Shown one piece after another: positions 38,483 to 47,228 of a stretch of 64,000 nucleotides of DNA. The number at the start of each line of letters is the position of its first letter. Positions within the stretch are counted from its first letter, which is position 1. The notes beneath the pieces are model-generated. The model had not been told where the DNA came from and searched no databases. It saw only the letters and a list, made by a program, of their open reading frames with translations. The position numbers and the translations under genes are program-made. Source of the stretch: Candidatus Hydrogenedentota bacterium. Its GTDB lineage: Bacteria > Hydrogenedentota > Hydrogenedentia > Hydrogenedentales > SLHB01. The DNA lies in NCBI GenBank assembly GCA_963674865.2, contig CAXXYE010000004.1:192001-256000 (forward strand). The letters run 5' to 3'.

Positions 38483-41266
38483 TTAGACGGCGAACTCGAC
38501 GGTGATGATCTTCTTTTTCGGCGCCTTGACCTTGATCGCGTCGCCCTTCGGCTCCAGTTTCTCGCGGCGATCCTCGTTCAGATTCGTCAGCCAGGCTTTC
38601 TTGACAGGCTTCCATACCTTCAAGGTTGCCGTGACGGCCTTCGCTTCGGGATTGAAGAAGCGCACAACGTAGGTGCTCTTGCGATCTTCGGCGCGTTTGA
38701 AAGAAGTGAGCTGCAGGTTGCCGCCCTTCAACTCAAGAAAGCTCATCGATTTCGGCAGTGTACCCTTGTGCGGGCCTACCTGTGCCGCCTCGATGGGGAG
38801 GTTCAGATCTTCCGCTTCCTCGAAGACGCCATTCGTCCAGTCGCCCTCATGCGGATAGATGGCGTAGCTCCACTCGTGAGGCCCGATGCACTGCGCGAGG
38901 TCCATCTCCGGATACACCTCGAACCGGCCGAAAATAGGGCAATTCCGGTAGGTAAACGCCCGGAATAGCGTAATCGCCAGCGGACGCTCGGGCGTGTCCA
39001 TCGCTTCATACTCGCGAATGCCCTTATTAACGATGGCGAATCCCATCTTGTCGTCGGACATGTCGACGAAGCGGTACATGGGATACTGTGGATTCGGACG
39101 GCCGTAGTAGGCATTGCCCTTTTTCACGTGGATATCGCGTGAGATCACATCGAAGGCCGCCTCGCTGTCGGTGGTGTCCGTCTTGAGGCGTGTAGGGAAG
39201 ACCACTCGCAGCCGGTGATTCCGGCACTGGTTGTCCACCGACGTAGTGACGTCCAGCCGCTTGGCGCCGGCGCGTAGCGTGAACCGGCTTGTCACGACCA
39301 GGTCCTTGACCTCCTTGGTTCGCGAGGTGTGATCCATGAAGGCTTCGCGGAACTGCGCCGTCAGCTCATCCTCGATGCCCGCCGGGACCTGCATGCGGTA
39401 CTCGACGCGCATCCGCGCAAACAGCGGCCCGGCCTCTTCGAGTTCGATGCTGCAAGGGAAGCCGTGCGAGGTGATGACACGGTTATCGTCCGGCTCGACG
39501 TGGATCCACGTGTGGCCCGTCTCGCCGCTGTCTTCCAGATAGTGGATGTTCTCATAGGTGTGCCCCGTCGCGCGATGCGTGAGGTTCAGCGTGCCGTCGC
39601 TGTTGAACTCGACGCGCAGGTGCTCATTCTGGAGGACATTGGTTTCAGGTGCCAGCGTATCCGGCGTGTTCTGCGTCCGTTCCTCGCGAACAATGTGATA
39701 TGTCTTGTATCCGAAGGCGGGGATATCGTCCACTTCCACGTGGCACCGCGCCCGCTTCGAGTTGAGTTCTATCGAGATATCCTGGAGATTGCGGACGAGC
39801 GTGCTCCAGTCGTAGGGCGTCTTCTGCTGGACACGTCGCTTCTTCCCATCCGGCGTCTCGATGCTGAACGACTCGTAGCCCATGCCCGCGGGCATGTCGA
39901 TCAAGCACGAGATGACGCCGCTTCGCGGAAAGGGGCAGGGATTGAACACCGTGAGCACGGCGTCCTTCTCCGAGAGATCCGAGTTATCGACCTGGATCTG
40001 CACGGCCTGCATGCCCCGGCGCGCCAGGCCCTCGCTGATGATATCCACCTGATCGTACCGGAAGAGCGAATCCTTCTCCATCTGATCGATGCCCGCGCCC
40101 GTGATCGTGTCGTGCGGATGGTTGTCGAGAAGGAAACGCCAGGCCCGATCCAGGGCCGTCTTCTCGTAGCGGCCGCCCACCATCGAGCCGATAGCGCTCC
40201 ACGGCTCCGCGAGTCGCTGCAGATTGACCTCGGCGCGATGATTCGCCCGGCGCAGGCGCGTCCGCGCGCTCAACACGTCGCCCATCAGATGCGTCCAATT
40301 GCCCGTCGAGCCCGGATCCCGGCTCTCACCCGTCAGCAGCGTCGGATTCTTGACCTCCTTGCGCATCGCCTCCATGTAATCCGCGAGGCTCGAAAACTTG
40401 ATCTCATGCTCCGGCAGCATCTTCTGGCACATCTTCATGATCTTTGACTCTTCCGGATCTGGATTTGACGTATCGAAGCCCTGCATCGAGCAGATGTGCC
40501 GCGTCGTGAAATGCTCGGACTCGTCCCGCACCAACTTCTGGAGCTGTTCGGGGATCGGCCCGTCATTCCACTGCTTCTTCTTGTCGTCGAGCACGTAGTA
40601 ATGCTCGCGGGGCCGGCCATCCGTGGCAAGCCGGAACGGCGCCGCGCCCCGATCCCAATCGTACCGCGCGAAGACGTCATCCGAGCCGTACCGGAGCACG
40701 CGGTAGATGTAGACGTAGTAGCTGAACCGGCTCATGCAGCCGAAGCGCATGCCCAGCAGGCGCGAGCCGTCCGGCCCCTCCACAACGTACTCGCAATGGG
40801 GCGTATTGATGCCGCGATAAAAGATGATCGTGTCGATGTCGAATCCGTTGTAGATCTGCGGCATCTGCGAGGTCTGGCCGTATCCGAAAGGCGTGTAGCC
40901 CGTCTTGCACACCTTCCCGTAGGACTGAGCGACCCGGTGTCCCACGACGAGATTTCGCACCGTGGATTCCCCGCTCACCAGATACTCTTCCGGCAGCGAG
41001 TACCACGGCCCCACAATGAGCCGGCCCGACTTCACGTGCTTCTCGATGGTTGCCCGCTTTTCGGGGCGGAGTTCGAGGTAGTCCTCTACGCAGACGGTCT
41101 GTGAGTCCATCGTGAACGAGTGAAACTCGGGATCTTTGTCGAGCAGGTCGAGTAATTCGTCCATGAAATCCAGCAGCAACAGCCGCGTTTCCTCGAATGG
41201 ATAGCCCCATTCGCGATCCCAGTGCGAGTTGCTGACAACGTGGATGACTTTTCGCTCCTCAGGCAT
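38483..41266 (-). CDS. GH38 (alpha-mannosidase/MngB)-like protein with an atypical nucleophile motif
   Basis: SHWDREW, VGPWY, SGES.VRNL, QMPQI, HDTITG, DHRLRV-like NHRLRV; PFGYG where PDxFG is expected. Confidence 0.88.
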   Translation of the reverse strand: MPEERKVIHVVSNSHWDREWGYPFEETRLLLLDFMDELLDLLDKDPEFHSFTMDSQTVCVEDYLELRPEKRATIEKHVKSGRLIVGPWYSLPEEYLVSGESTVRNLVVGHRVAQSYGKVCKTGYTPFGYGQTSQMPQIYNGFDIDTIIFYRGINTPHCEYVVEGPDGSRLLGMRFGCMSRFSYYVYIYRVLRYGSDDVFARYDWDRGAAPFRLATDGRPREHYYVLDDKKKQWNDGPIPEQLQKLVRDESEHFTTRHICSMQGFDTSNPDPEESKIMKMCQKMLPEHEIKFSSLADYMEAMRKEVKNPTLLTGESRDPGSTGNWTHLMGDVLSARTRLRRANHRAEVNLQRLAEPWSAIGSMVGGRYEKTALDRAWRFLLDNHPHDTITGAGIDQMEKDSLFRYDQVDIISEGLARRGMQAVQIQVDNSDLSEKDAVLTVFNPCPFPRSGVISCLIDMPAGMGYESFSIETPDGKKRRVQQKTPYDWSTLVRNLQDISIELNSKRARCHVEVDDIPAFGYKTYHIVREERTQNTPDTLAPETNVLQNEHLRVEFNSDGTLNLTHRATGHTYENIHYLEDSGETGHTWIHVEPDDNRVITSHGFPCSIELEEAGPLFARMRVEYRMQVPAGIEDELTAQFREAFMDHTSRTKEVKDLVVTSRFTLRAGAKRLDVTTSVDNQCRNHRLRVVFPTRLKTDTTDSEAAFDVISRDIHVKKGNAYYGRPNPQYPMYRFVDMSDDKMGFAIVNKGIREYEAMDTPERPLAITLFRAFTYRNCPIFGRFEVYPEMDLAQCIGPHEWSYAIYPHEGDWTNGVFEEAEDLNLPIEAAQVGPHKGTLPKSMSFLELKGGNLQLTSFKRAEDRKSTYVVRFFNPEAKAVTATLKVWKPVKKAWLTNLNEDRREKLEPKGDAIKVKAPKKKIITVEFAV

Positions 41267-41613
41267 GACTTCCTCCTCCGCCAAGAATACCCATGAAACC
41301 GCCCGATTCTACCACGGGGAAATGGTGATTAACAGGATTCTCTCGCGCCGTGAATACCGACTAGTCCGACGAGACTTCACGCACAAAAGTGCGGCTTTGG
41401 ACAGCCGGAGGTTCTATCGTCAAGTTGAACCGCGAAGTAGGTTCTGCCACGGCAGGGCTATCTAGATCATCGAGGCTCGCTATTGGGAATACAGCGGAGC
41501 CATTCTCTTCAATCAGTAGTCCTGCAAGTGATCTGATGAGCTATCGATAGTCTTCAAGAAATGCCGCCGGCCCGTTCTATCCAGCTGTTTTCTCATGCGG
41601 GGGTACCTGGCAA

Positions 41614-42246
41614 CTACGAACGCACATGCACATTGATCTCATCCTTGTTTGTGTGCACATAGTCACAAGATACAATATCAAGTTCGGCTAGAACTCCATT
41701 GCGCCACTCGTCAACGGTCCATAGATTACGACGAATGGTGTCACTTGCAAAGAACTCCTCATTGAAGGTCGTCTTCACCGGCACAGCAAAGACAACATCC
41801 GCACACATTCCCAACTGGACCCTGAGGGCATCCCGAATCTCAGTTGGCTCATAGTGCTCAAGCACTCCGTGATGCGTAATCAGGTCCACGTGTTCGACAG
41901 CTTCCGCGAAGGACTGTTCAAGAAAATCTTGGCCTAGAAAAGTAACATTGGAGGCGTTCATAGCTATAAAGTTGGCCCTGCACATCCGGAGAATTCGTGG
42001 ATCCCTATCGCACATGAGGAGATGCACTCGCTGAATATGCTGAAACGCCAGCATTCTCTTACCTGGACCACAACCTGCCTCAAGAATGAACTCCCCATCC
42101 CCGAGCGCCGTCTTGACCAAATCAAAGAAAGCTCTGTCTCTAGCCCATATGGCGGCTGATTCCTCTGGCGACATCACCGGAGAAGCACTGAAGAAAGAGA
42201 ACCAATCGTTCACATCCATAGTGATCTCAATACAGCCTCCGTACAT
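41614..42246 (-). CDS. class I SAM-dependent methyltransferase
   Basis: ILEAGCGPG, CDRD, HHGVLEHY; alternative start 42219. Confidence 0.85.
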   Translation of the reverse strand: MYGGCIEITMDVNDWFSFFSASPVMSPEESAAIWARDRAFFDLVKTALGDGEFILEAGCGPGKRMLAFQHIQRVHLLMCDRDPRILRMCRANFIAMNASNVTFLGQDFLEQSFAEAVEHVDLITHHGVLEHYEPTEIRDALRVQLGMCADVVFAVPVKTTFNEEFFASDTIRRNLWTVDEWRNGVLAELDIVSCDYVHTNKDEINVHVRS

Positions 42247-43692
42247 CTAGGCTCTCCCGTCGCGGGACATGGCAAACTGGCTTACCCCAAACCCGGACGA
42301 AAACAAGAGATACGTCAAACCGATCGCAAGATCAAGTTGGTTGTCCGCTTTGTCAACAAACTTCCGGGCCAAGCGCATAACGTCCTTGTGTTCTGCATAA
42401 CTGTTCTCCAAATTGTACAGCAATCCTCCGTCCTTTCCCAAGTCATCGAGCGAGCTCCGACGCGTTTCGTCATCGCTGGAATCGGCAAACCACTCAGCCA
42501 GAGCGTGACGGGATTTGTCAGCACGGTCACTGGGCTGCTTCAACTCGAACCCGCGAATCGTATCTGCCGCTGCCTTGCGAATCTTGATAACGGCATCAAC
42601 TCGGCTGACCTCTTGTATCTCAGAGCTTGCCAGGAACTGCGTGACAACGCGAGAAAACTCTACTGGCGACATTATCAGGGAGCGCGTTCGCCCCAAGATG
42701 TAGTCCCATTTTAGCAGGTCAAATTCGTTTTTCCGAAGGGAGGCCTTTTGCCCCTGCTTAGAGCTATACGGACATGTCTGGAACTCCTCGAAGAAGCTGT
42801 GAGGGGCTAGAAAAAGCGGGTCGTGCCATTCTCTTGGCAACCCTATGCACCTGCCGGTGAACTGCGAGATCGGTGTTGCAGGATTTAGGGTGTCGGCAAG
42901 CACAATGTAGGCACGACTGCTCGCGCAGCCGTCTCTAGTGCTCGAGAAGAAACTCATTCGTAGCGGACTGGAGTTCGTTGCCCAGACCTGCAGCGAGCGC
43001 TTGATTGGGATTCCAATTCTCGACTTTATGCAGTCCAATGTCCTACCAATCTGGTCAGCGAACTGACCAAACTCGTATATACCGTCTTCGCGGGCGACAG
43101 TAGATAGCATGACGGCAAGCCAATGATAGAAATGTATATCTGGGGTGGAAAAGATTATCTCGATGCTGTGGTCTAGATCGTCTATGACGGTACTGAGTCC
43201 GGGGAAATCCTCAGATATCCCCACGGGCGGATAGCCGTAGCTAGGCGTACTCAGGAGTAGTTTACACTTCACTATCTCCTCTTGTCTTTCCCGTGCATCG
43301 CGTACGGGGGTGTAGAGGTGTTCAGTAAGGACTTGTCTGTATTGTGACCTTACGCCTCGCACAAGGAGCTGGGACTCGGTAAGGCCAGTTATAACACTTC
43401 GGGAGTTTCCGAGGGCGGCGCGCGCATACATCTCCGCATTGGCGGAAAGGAAGGCCGCATAGGCGGTTATCGTGAAGCCACCCGAGCCAACGAGAAGTGA
43501 GACCAGCACAAATTCCGTAGCTTGTTGGGGCAGCCGAAGGGCCAGAAGTTTGAACACAATAACACTGGCTGCTCCAGCGTAGAGCAGGAGGAACGTCCCG
43601 AGAGCAACGCGGTTCCAGGGGAGGAGGAAGTGTAAGCCGTTGCGGGACGCGTCTATGGGCGCGGAAGTGGTGGAAGTGTCACGAGCAAACAT
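42247..43692 (-). CDS. hypothetical protein with two N-terminal TMs
   Basis: 481-aa ORF with GAGGAG RBS before ATG 43692; overlaps the upstream permease and abuts the methyltransferase. Confidence 0.75.
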   Translation of the reverse strand: MFARDTSTTSAPIDASRNGLHFLLPWNRVALGTFLLLYAGAASVIVFKLLALRLPQQATEFVLVSLLVGSGGFTITAYAAFLSANAEMYARAALGNSRSVITGLTESQLLVRGVRSQYRQVLTEHLYTPVRDARERQEEIVKCKLLLSTPSYGYPPVGISEDFPGLSTVIDDLDHSIEIIFSTPDIHFYHWLAVMLSTVAREDGIYEFGQFADQIGRTLDCIKSRIGIPIKRSLQVWATNSSPLRMSFFSSTRDGCASSRAYIVLADTLNPATPISQFTGRCIGLPREWHDPLFLAPHSFFEEFQTCPYSSKQGQKASLRKNEFDLLKWDYILGRTRSLIMSPVEFSRVVTQFLASSEIQEVSRVDAVIKIRKAAADTIRGFELKQPSDRADKSRHALAEWFADSSDDETRRSSLDDLGKDGGLLYNLENSYAEHKDVMRLARKFVDKADNQLDLAIGLTYLLFSSGFGVSQFAMSRDGRA

Positions 43693-44494
43693 CCTCTTCC
43701 TCCTCAGCATGTTTGGCGACAAGAGCGACGCAGGAAAACAGTGCGAAGCTAGCAATGGTTAAGACTAGGCTTGCAGCCATAAGTTCACCCCACCTGTAGA
43801 CGTCGCCAACACGCAGAGTCATTAGCCCAGTAGTAACAGTATGAAAGTCATTGCTGTGGCGAAGTAGACAAATGATAGAGTAGTCACACCAGGCCAACCA
43901 GAGCCCCGTGAGAATGCAGGCAGCCAAGGGCCAGCGAAGCTGCGGAAGTAGCACATAGATTAGAATCTGGCAATCGTGGGCGCCTTCAAGAGAAGCAGCT
44001 TCTAGCTGCTGAACTGGGACTCGAAGTACAGCATATTCGAGAAACCAAATGTGTATCGGCATCTGTAGGCAGGCATAGACAAGTAGTATCTGTACAAGAA
44101 GAACTGGAATAGGATTCGTGAGCGTGATCATTACGCCAATGGCGAGGAATATGGGCAAGAGCACGTACGAGAACAAGGATGTGACGCGGATGTGAAATGC
44201 AAGGGAACGTGAGGCGCTACGTGCAGTGAAGTAGGCAGCGGGCAGTGCCGCTACAATTGAGAGCGCGCCAGAGGCAAGGCCAAGTCCTAGAGAATTACGC
44301 ATCCACAACAGAATGTTGCCTTCGCAGACGACGTTGCGGAGGTGAGCCAGCGTCGGAGGAGTTGATACGAACACTGTTGCGCCCGCATAGAGTTTGGCAG
44401 TTGGGACAAGCGCTGAGTTGGCCGCCACCAATAGAGGAATGAAAGGGACAGAGGAGAGGATTACGCAGACCACATGCGTTGCTAGTCTCTGCAC
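43679..44494 (-). CDS. carbohydrate ABC transporter permease (MalG-like)
   Basis: EAASLEGA loop, NSL, AWCDY, WGELMAAS; GTG start after AGGAG. Confidence 0.85.
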   Translation of the reverse strand: MQRLATHVVCVILSSVPFIPLLVAANSALVPTAKLYAGATVFVSTPPTLAHLRNVVCEGNILLWMRNSLGLGLASGALSIVAALPAAYFTARSASRSLAFHIRVTSLFSYVLLPIFLAIGVMITLTNPIPVLLVQILLVYACLQMPIHIWFLEYAVLRVPVQQLEAASLEGAHDCQILIYVLLPQLRWPLAACILTGLWLAWCDYSIICLLRHSNDFHTVTTGLMTLRVGDVYRWGELMAASLVLTIASFALFSCVALVAKHAEEEEDVCS

Positions 44495-44499
44495 TACTC

Positions 44500-45405
44500 C
44501 TATCGCTCCCACTGAGAACTCCACCGAGAGAATATCCCAGCTACCATGAAGATGACGAAGAGGGCAAAGGGCACGACCGTGAAACCGATGGCCAAAGCTA
44601 AGGGCATTCGGTTTGAAACTATCCCGATCTCGTAGGCCTTCATAAGTGCGTTCATGAATATGCCACCTGGCCCACCACATCCTAAGATATATATTATGTC
44701 AAATTCAGCCAAGTCCAGAAGGAACGAGAGGAGCCAAGCAACGCTGATCGCGGGAAGTAGATAAGGAAGAAGAATATGCCGCCATGCCATAATTGGCGAT
44801 GCGCCGTCCAAACAAGCTGCCTCATAGAGCTGCGCTGGAAAGCGCCGCAGTGAGAAGAAGATCAACACTAGGAAGAGGGGATATCCCCGCCAAACCATGG
44901 CTGAACCAATTGCGCAGAATCCCGTACTCGCGTGGCTTAACCAGCCGACGGGCTGTTGAATGACTCCGCTCTCCAATAGCAGCGCGTTTGCGACCCCTGT
45001 CAGGTCGTCAAAGATGCCCAACCACAGCAAGCCGACCACCGAGGGTGGAGCCGACAAGGGGAGCAGGAGGAGATAGTGCCAATACTTCTTTCCGGCCACT
45101 TCTGCGCCGATAAGGACGGTAATGGTAATGGTAAGTATGCTTTTGGCCGTCGTCGTACATAGAGCGAGCAACACGCCAGTAACCAACGCGCGGAGAATGT
45201 CCCTTGTGGAAAAGACGGCAACGTAGTTCTTGATGAATTGGAATGACGACTGGTTACTTCCAGTAGTCCTGCTCGTAAGACTGATAATGAACATGTGGAC
45301 CGTCGGAACCACCAGGGTTACCAGAAACAGCAACACAAAAGGGACTAGCAAGTAATAGGTGGACTTCAGTATACCTGAAGGCGATGGCCTACGGCGCAAT
45401 TGCAT
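44500..45405 (-). CDS. carbohydrate ABC transporter permease (MalF-like)
   Basis: LYEAACLDGAS..WRHILLP, FDIIYILGCGGPG; alternative start 45429. Confidence 0.88.
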   Translation of the reverse strand: MQLRRRPSPSGILKSTYYLLVPFVLLFLVTLVVPTVHMFIISLTSRTTGSNQSSFQFIKNYVAVFSTRDILRALVTGVLLALCTTTAKSILTITITVLIGAEVAGKKYWHYLLLLPLSAPPSVVGLLWLGIFDDLTGVANALLLESGVIQQPVGWLSHASTGFCAIGSAMVWRGYPLFLVLIFFSLRRFPAQLYEAACLDGASPIMAWRHILLPYLLPAISVAWLLSFLLDLAEFDIIYILGCGGPGGIFMNALMKAYEIGIVSNRMPLALAIGFTVVPFALFVIFMVAGIFSRWSSQWER

Positions 45406-46705
45406 GCTGGGCGTATATCTCCTCGACATCCGCTCGAGCCTTGGCCAATGCCTGCTTCAGGGTGAGAGCGTTGTTAACAACATCGTTAAGGACATTTGCC
45501 AGTATTCTCCTCTGGAATACCTCGGCCGCCGCCGCCGTGACCGGTCCAGGCCAGCCTACGTGTCTCTCGATCTCAAGGGAATGAAGGCAGGATTGAAGTC
45601 GGGGATCTTGGAAAGGTTCCAGGTCCTCACATCCGCGAAGCCATGGATTGACAGCTCCACGACCAGCTGTTATGAGTCGACGGTAATTGCTGGGCTGATA
45701 GAAGAACTTCAGGAAGTTAGCCAGGAGGTCTCTCTTTGACGTGCTGCGCAGTGCCGTGAATGCAAAACCTGTGGCGTAGCTGAAGCGTCCAGCAGGACCC
45801 TCAGGATAGGTCGTGAGCAGGATGGACTTCGCGAACTCCGGCATTTCCTTCTGAGCAGCGAGTAAGATGGTCGGTGAGTTCATTGTGAAGGCTATTCGCT
45901 TTGCAAGGAAATTCCGGTTGTTGGTTATTCCCTGCCATCCAAAAGCGCCTGGAGGAATGAGGCCCTCATTCCATAGGGCCAGGACGTACTCGTATGCACG
46001 TTCGGCCTCTGGCGAGTCGATAACAACGTTCCCGTGGCCGTCCACCACGCTTCCGCCGAATGCCCACAGCGTCGCTTGGAGGAACATTGCGCAATCGTCG
46101 TCACGTCCAAGCCCAATCCCAAATGGGTAGACGCGTGGCGCGTTGGCCGCCAGCTTCTGGGCTATTGTCAAGGCCTCCTGGTAAGTATTGGCCGGTTGCA
46201 GACCCAGTTCGGAAAGCGCCTCCCCGTTGTAAACCCAGAGATGGCTCCAGGAATAGAGAGGAAGGCCATAGTAGCGCTCATCCTTGGTTGTCATGTGGCG
46301 CGCTGTCTCGTAGTATCCCGAGAAAGGGCGGACCGTTTCTGAAGCGATATCGGTGAAATCGAGAAGTTTCTGGCTGTATATAGGGATTTTATGGGCGTAC
46401 GTAACTATGAGGTCTGCACCTGAGCCGCTTTCGATGAACCCGGTGGTCTTAGCGTCTAGGTCTTCGAGAGGAACGACCTCTATTAGGACCTCCACATTAT
46501 TCTGGTTTCCCCACTCCCGGGCAATCGCCTCGAATTCATTCATGAGGCCTTCGGACCAAATCTCAGCATTCATAATTCGGAGTTGAGAGGGTCTGTTTTG
46601 GGAAGGTGAAGGGATCAGCACAGCAACTACTACCAGAAAAAGAAGTCCGGCCGACGCAAGAGCCCACTTCCAGAAGTTGGAATGTCTTTCTTTCTTGATG
46701 GCCAT
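45389..46705 (-). CDS. carbohydrate ABC substrate-binding protein
   Basis: N-terminal anchor, YYGLP, WVYN, LWAFGG, VIDSPE, PEGPAG. Confidence 0.88.
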   Translation of the reverse strand: MAIKKERHSNFWKWALASAGLLFLVVVAVLIPSPSQNRPSQLRIMNAEIWSEGLMNEFEAIAREWGNQNNVEVLIEVVPLEDLDAKTTGFIESGSGADLIVTYAHKIPIYSQKLLDFTDIASETVRPFSGYYETARHMTTKDERYYGLPLYSWSHLWVYNGEALSELGLQPANTYQEALTIAQKLAANAPRVYPFGIGLGRDDDCAMFLQATLWAFGGSVVDGHGNVVIDSPEAERAYEYVLALWNEGLIPPGAFGWQGITNNRNFLAKRIAFTMNSPTILLAAQKEMPEFAKSILLTTYPEGPAGRFSYATGFAFTALRSTSKRDLLANFLKFFYQPSNYRRLITAGRGAVNPWLRGCEDLEPFQDPRLQSCLHSLEIERHVGWPGPVTAAAAEVFQRRILANVLNDVVNNALTLKQALAKARADVEEIYAQHAIAP

Positions 46706-46802
46706 AAGGAAATTCTCCCATTACAGCTATAGTAGTAATCACCCCATACTCAGATAATCAATGGCGCCGAGGGAAAACTCAACCTTATCCCCCCTTCCGA
46801 TT

Positions 46803-46831
46803 TGTATATCATACATGTAGAAACTTGTCAA
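46803..46831 (-). promoter_or_regulatory. sigma70-type promoter of the island operon
   Basis: On the minus strand TTGACA-N17-TATACA with an extended TG. Confidence 0.55.
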
Positions 46832-46836
46832 GCATA

Positions 46837-46862
46837 GCACCAATCAGTGCACCAATCAGTGC
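46837..46862. repeat. 12-bp tandem duplication at the island edge
   Basis: GCACCAATCAGT x2 plus GC. Confidence 0.7.
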
Positions 46863-47228
46863 CATTGCACTAGGATAATTTCGGCCATGTTCGGCGGCGA
46901 AGATTCACGTGAAGCCCTTCGCCCCGCAGTATGCCAGTGGGAGCACGCGGCAACGGGTTCAGCGTGACATATGCCGCAGCCCGGCCGATAGCGTATTGGA
47001 AAGCGGCCATGACCACAGGCACCCTCAACACGATACACGAAGACCAGGAGGTAGCCCATCCAGAGTAGCCAGTTGGATTGTGGCTCAGTAATCGCGGTCG
47101 TGCTTCGGCCTGCGCGGCCGGATATGCGGGCGTTGAGTGAGAGATGCCCCGTGCCGAGATGCATTCCTCCCCGCATTTTTGATACATTCTGGCCTTACAC
47201 CAAATCACCGAGACTATGGAGACGCACC

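Larger units (their letters stand above)
41500..46860. other. lower-GC horizontally acquired island (boundaries approximate)
   Basis: Three sampled 60-mers gave 42-55% GC versus mostly above 60% in the flanks; many A/T-ending codons; no integrase or att repeat seen. Confidence 0.75.

Noticed and set aside
46856..47208. Short minus-strand ORFs between the island and alaS
   Set aside because: No motifs or clear RBS; may be a remnant but cannot be supported
47073..47228. N-terminal extension of alaS
   Set aside because: AlaS homology begins at LKSDDIR (TTG 47229), which has an RBS
41270..47228. att sites, tRNA or integrase bounding the low-GC island
   Set aside because: No flanking direct repeat, tRNA or recombinase gene found by eye
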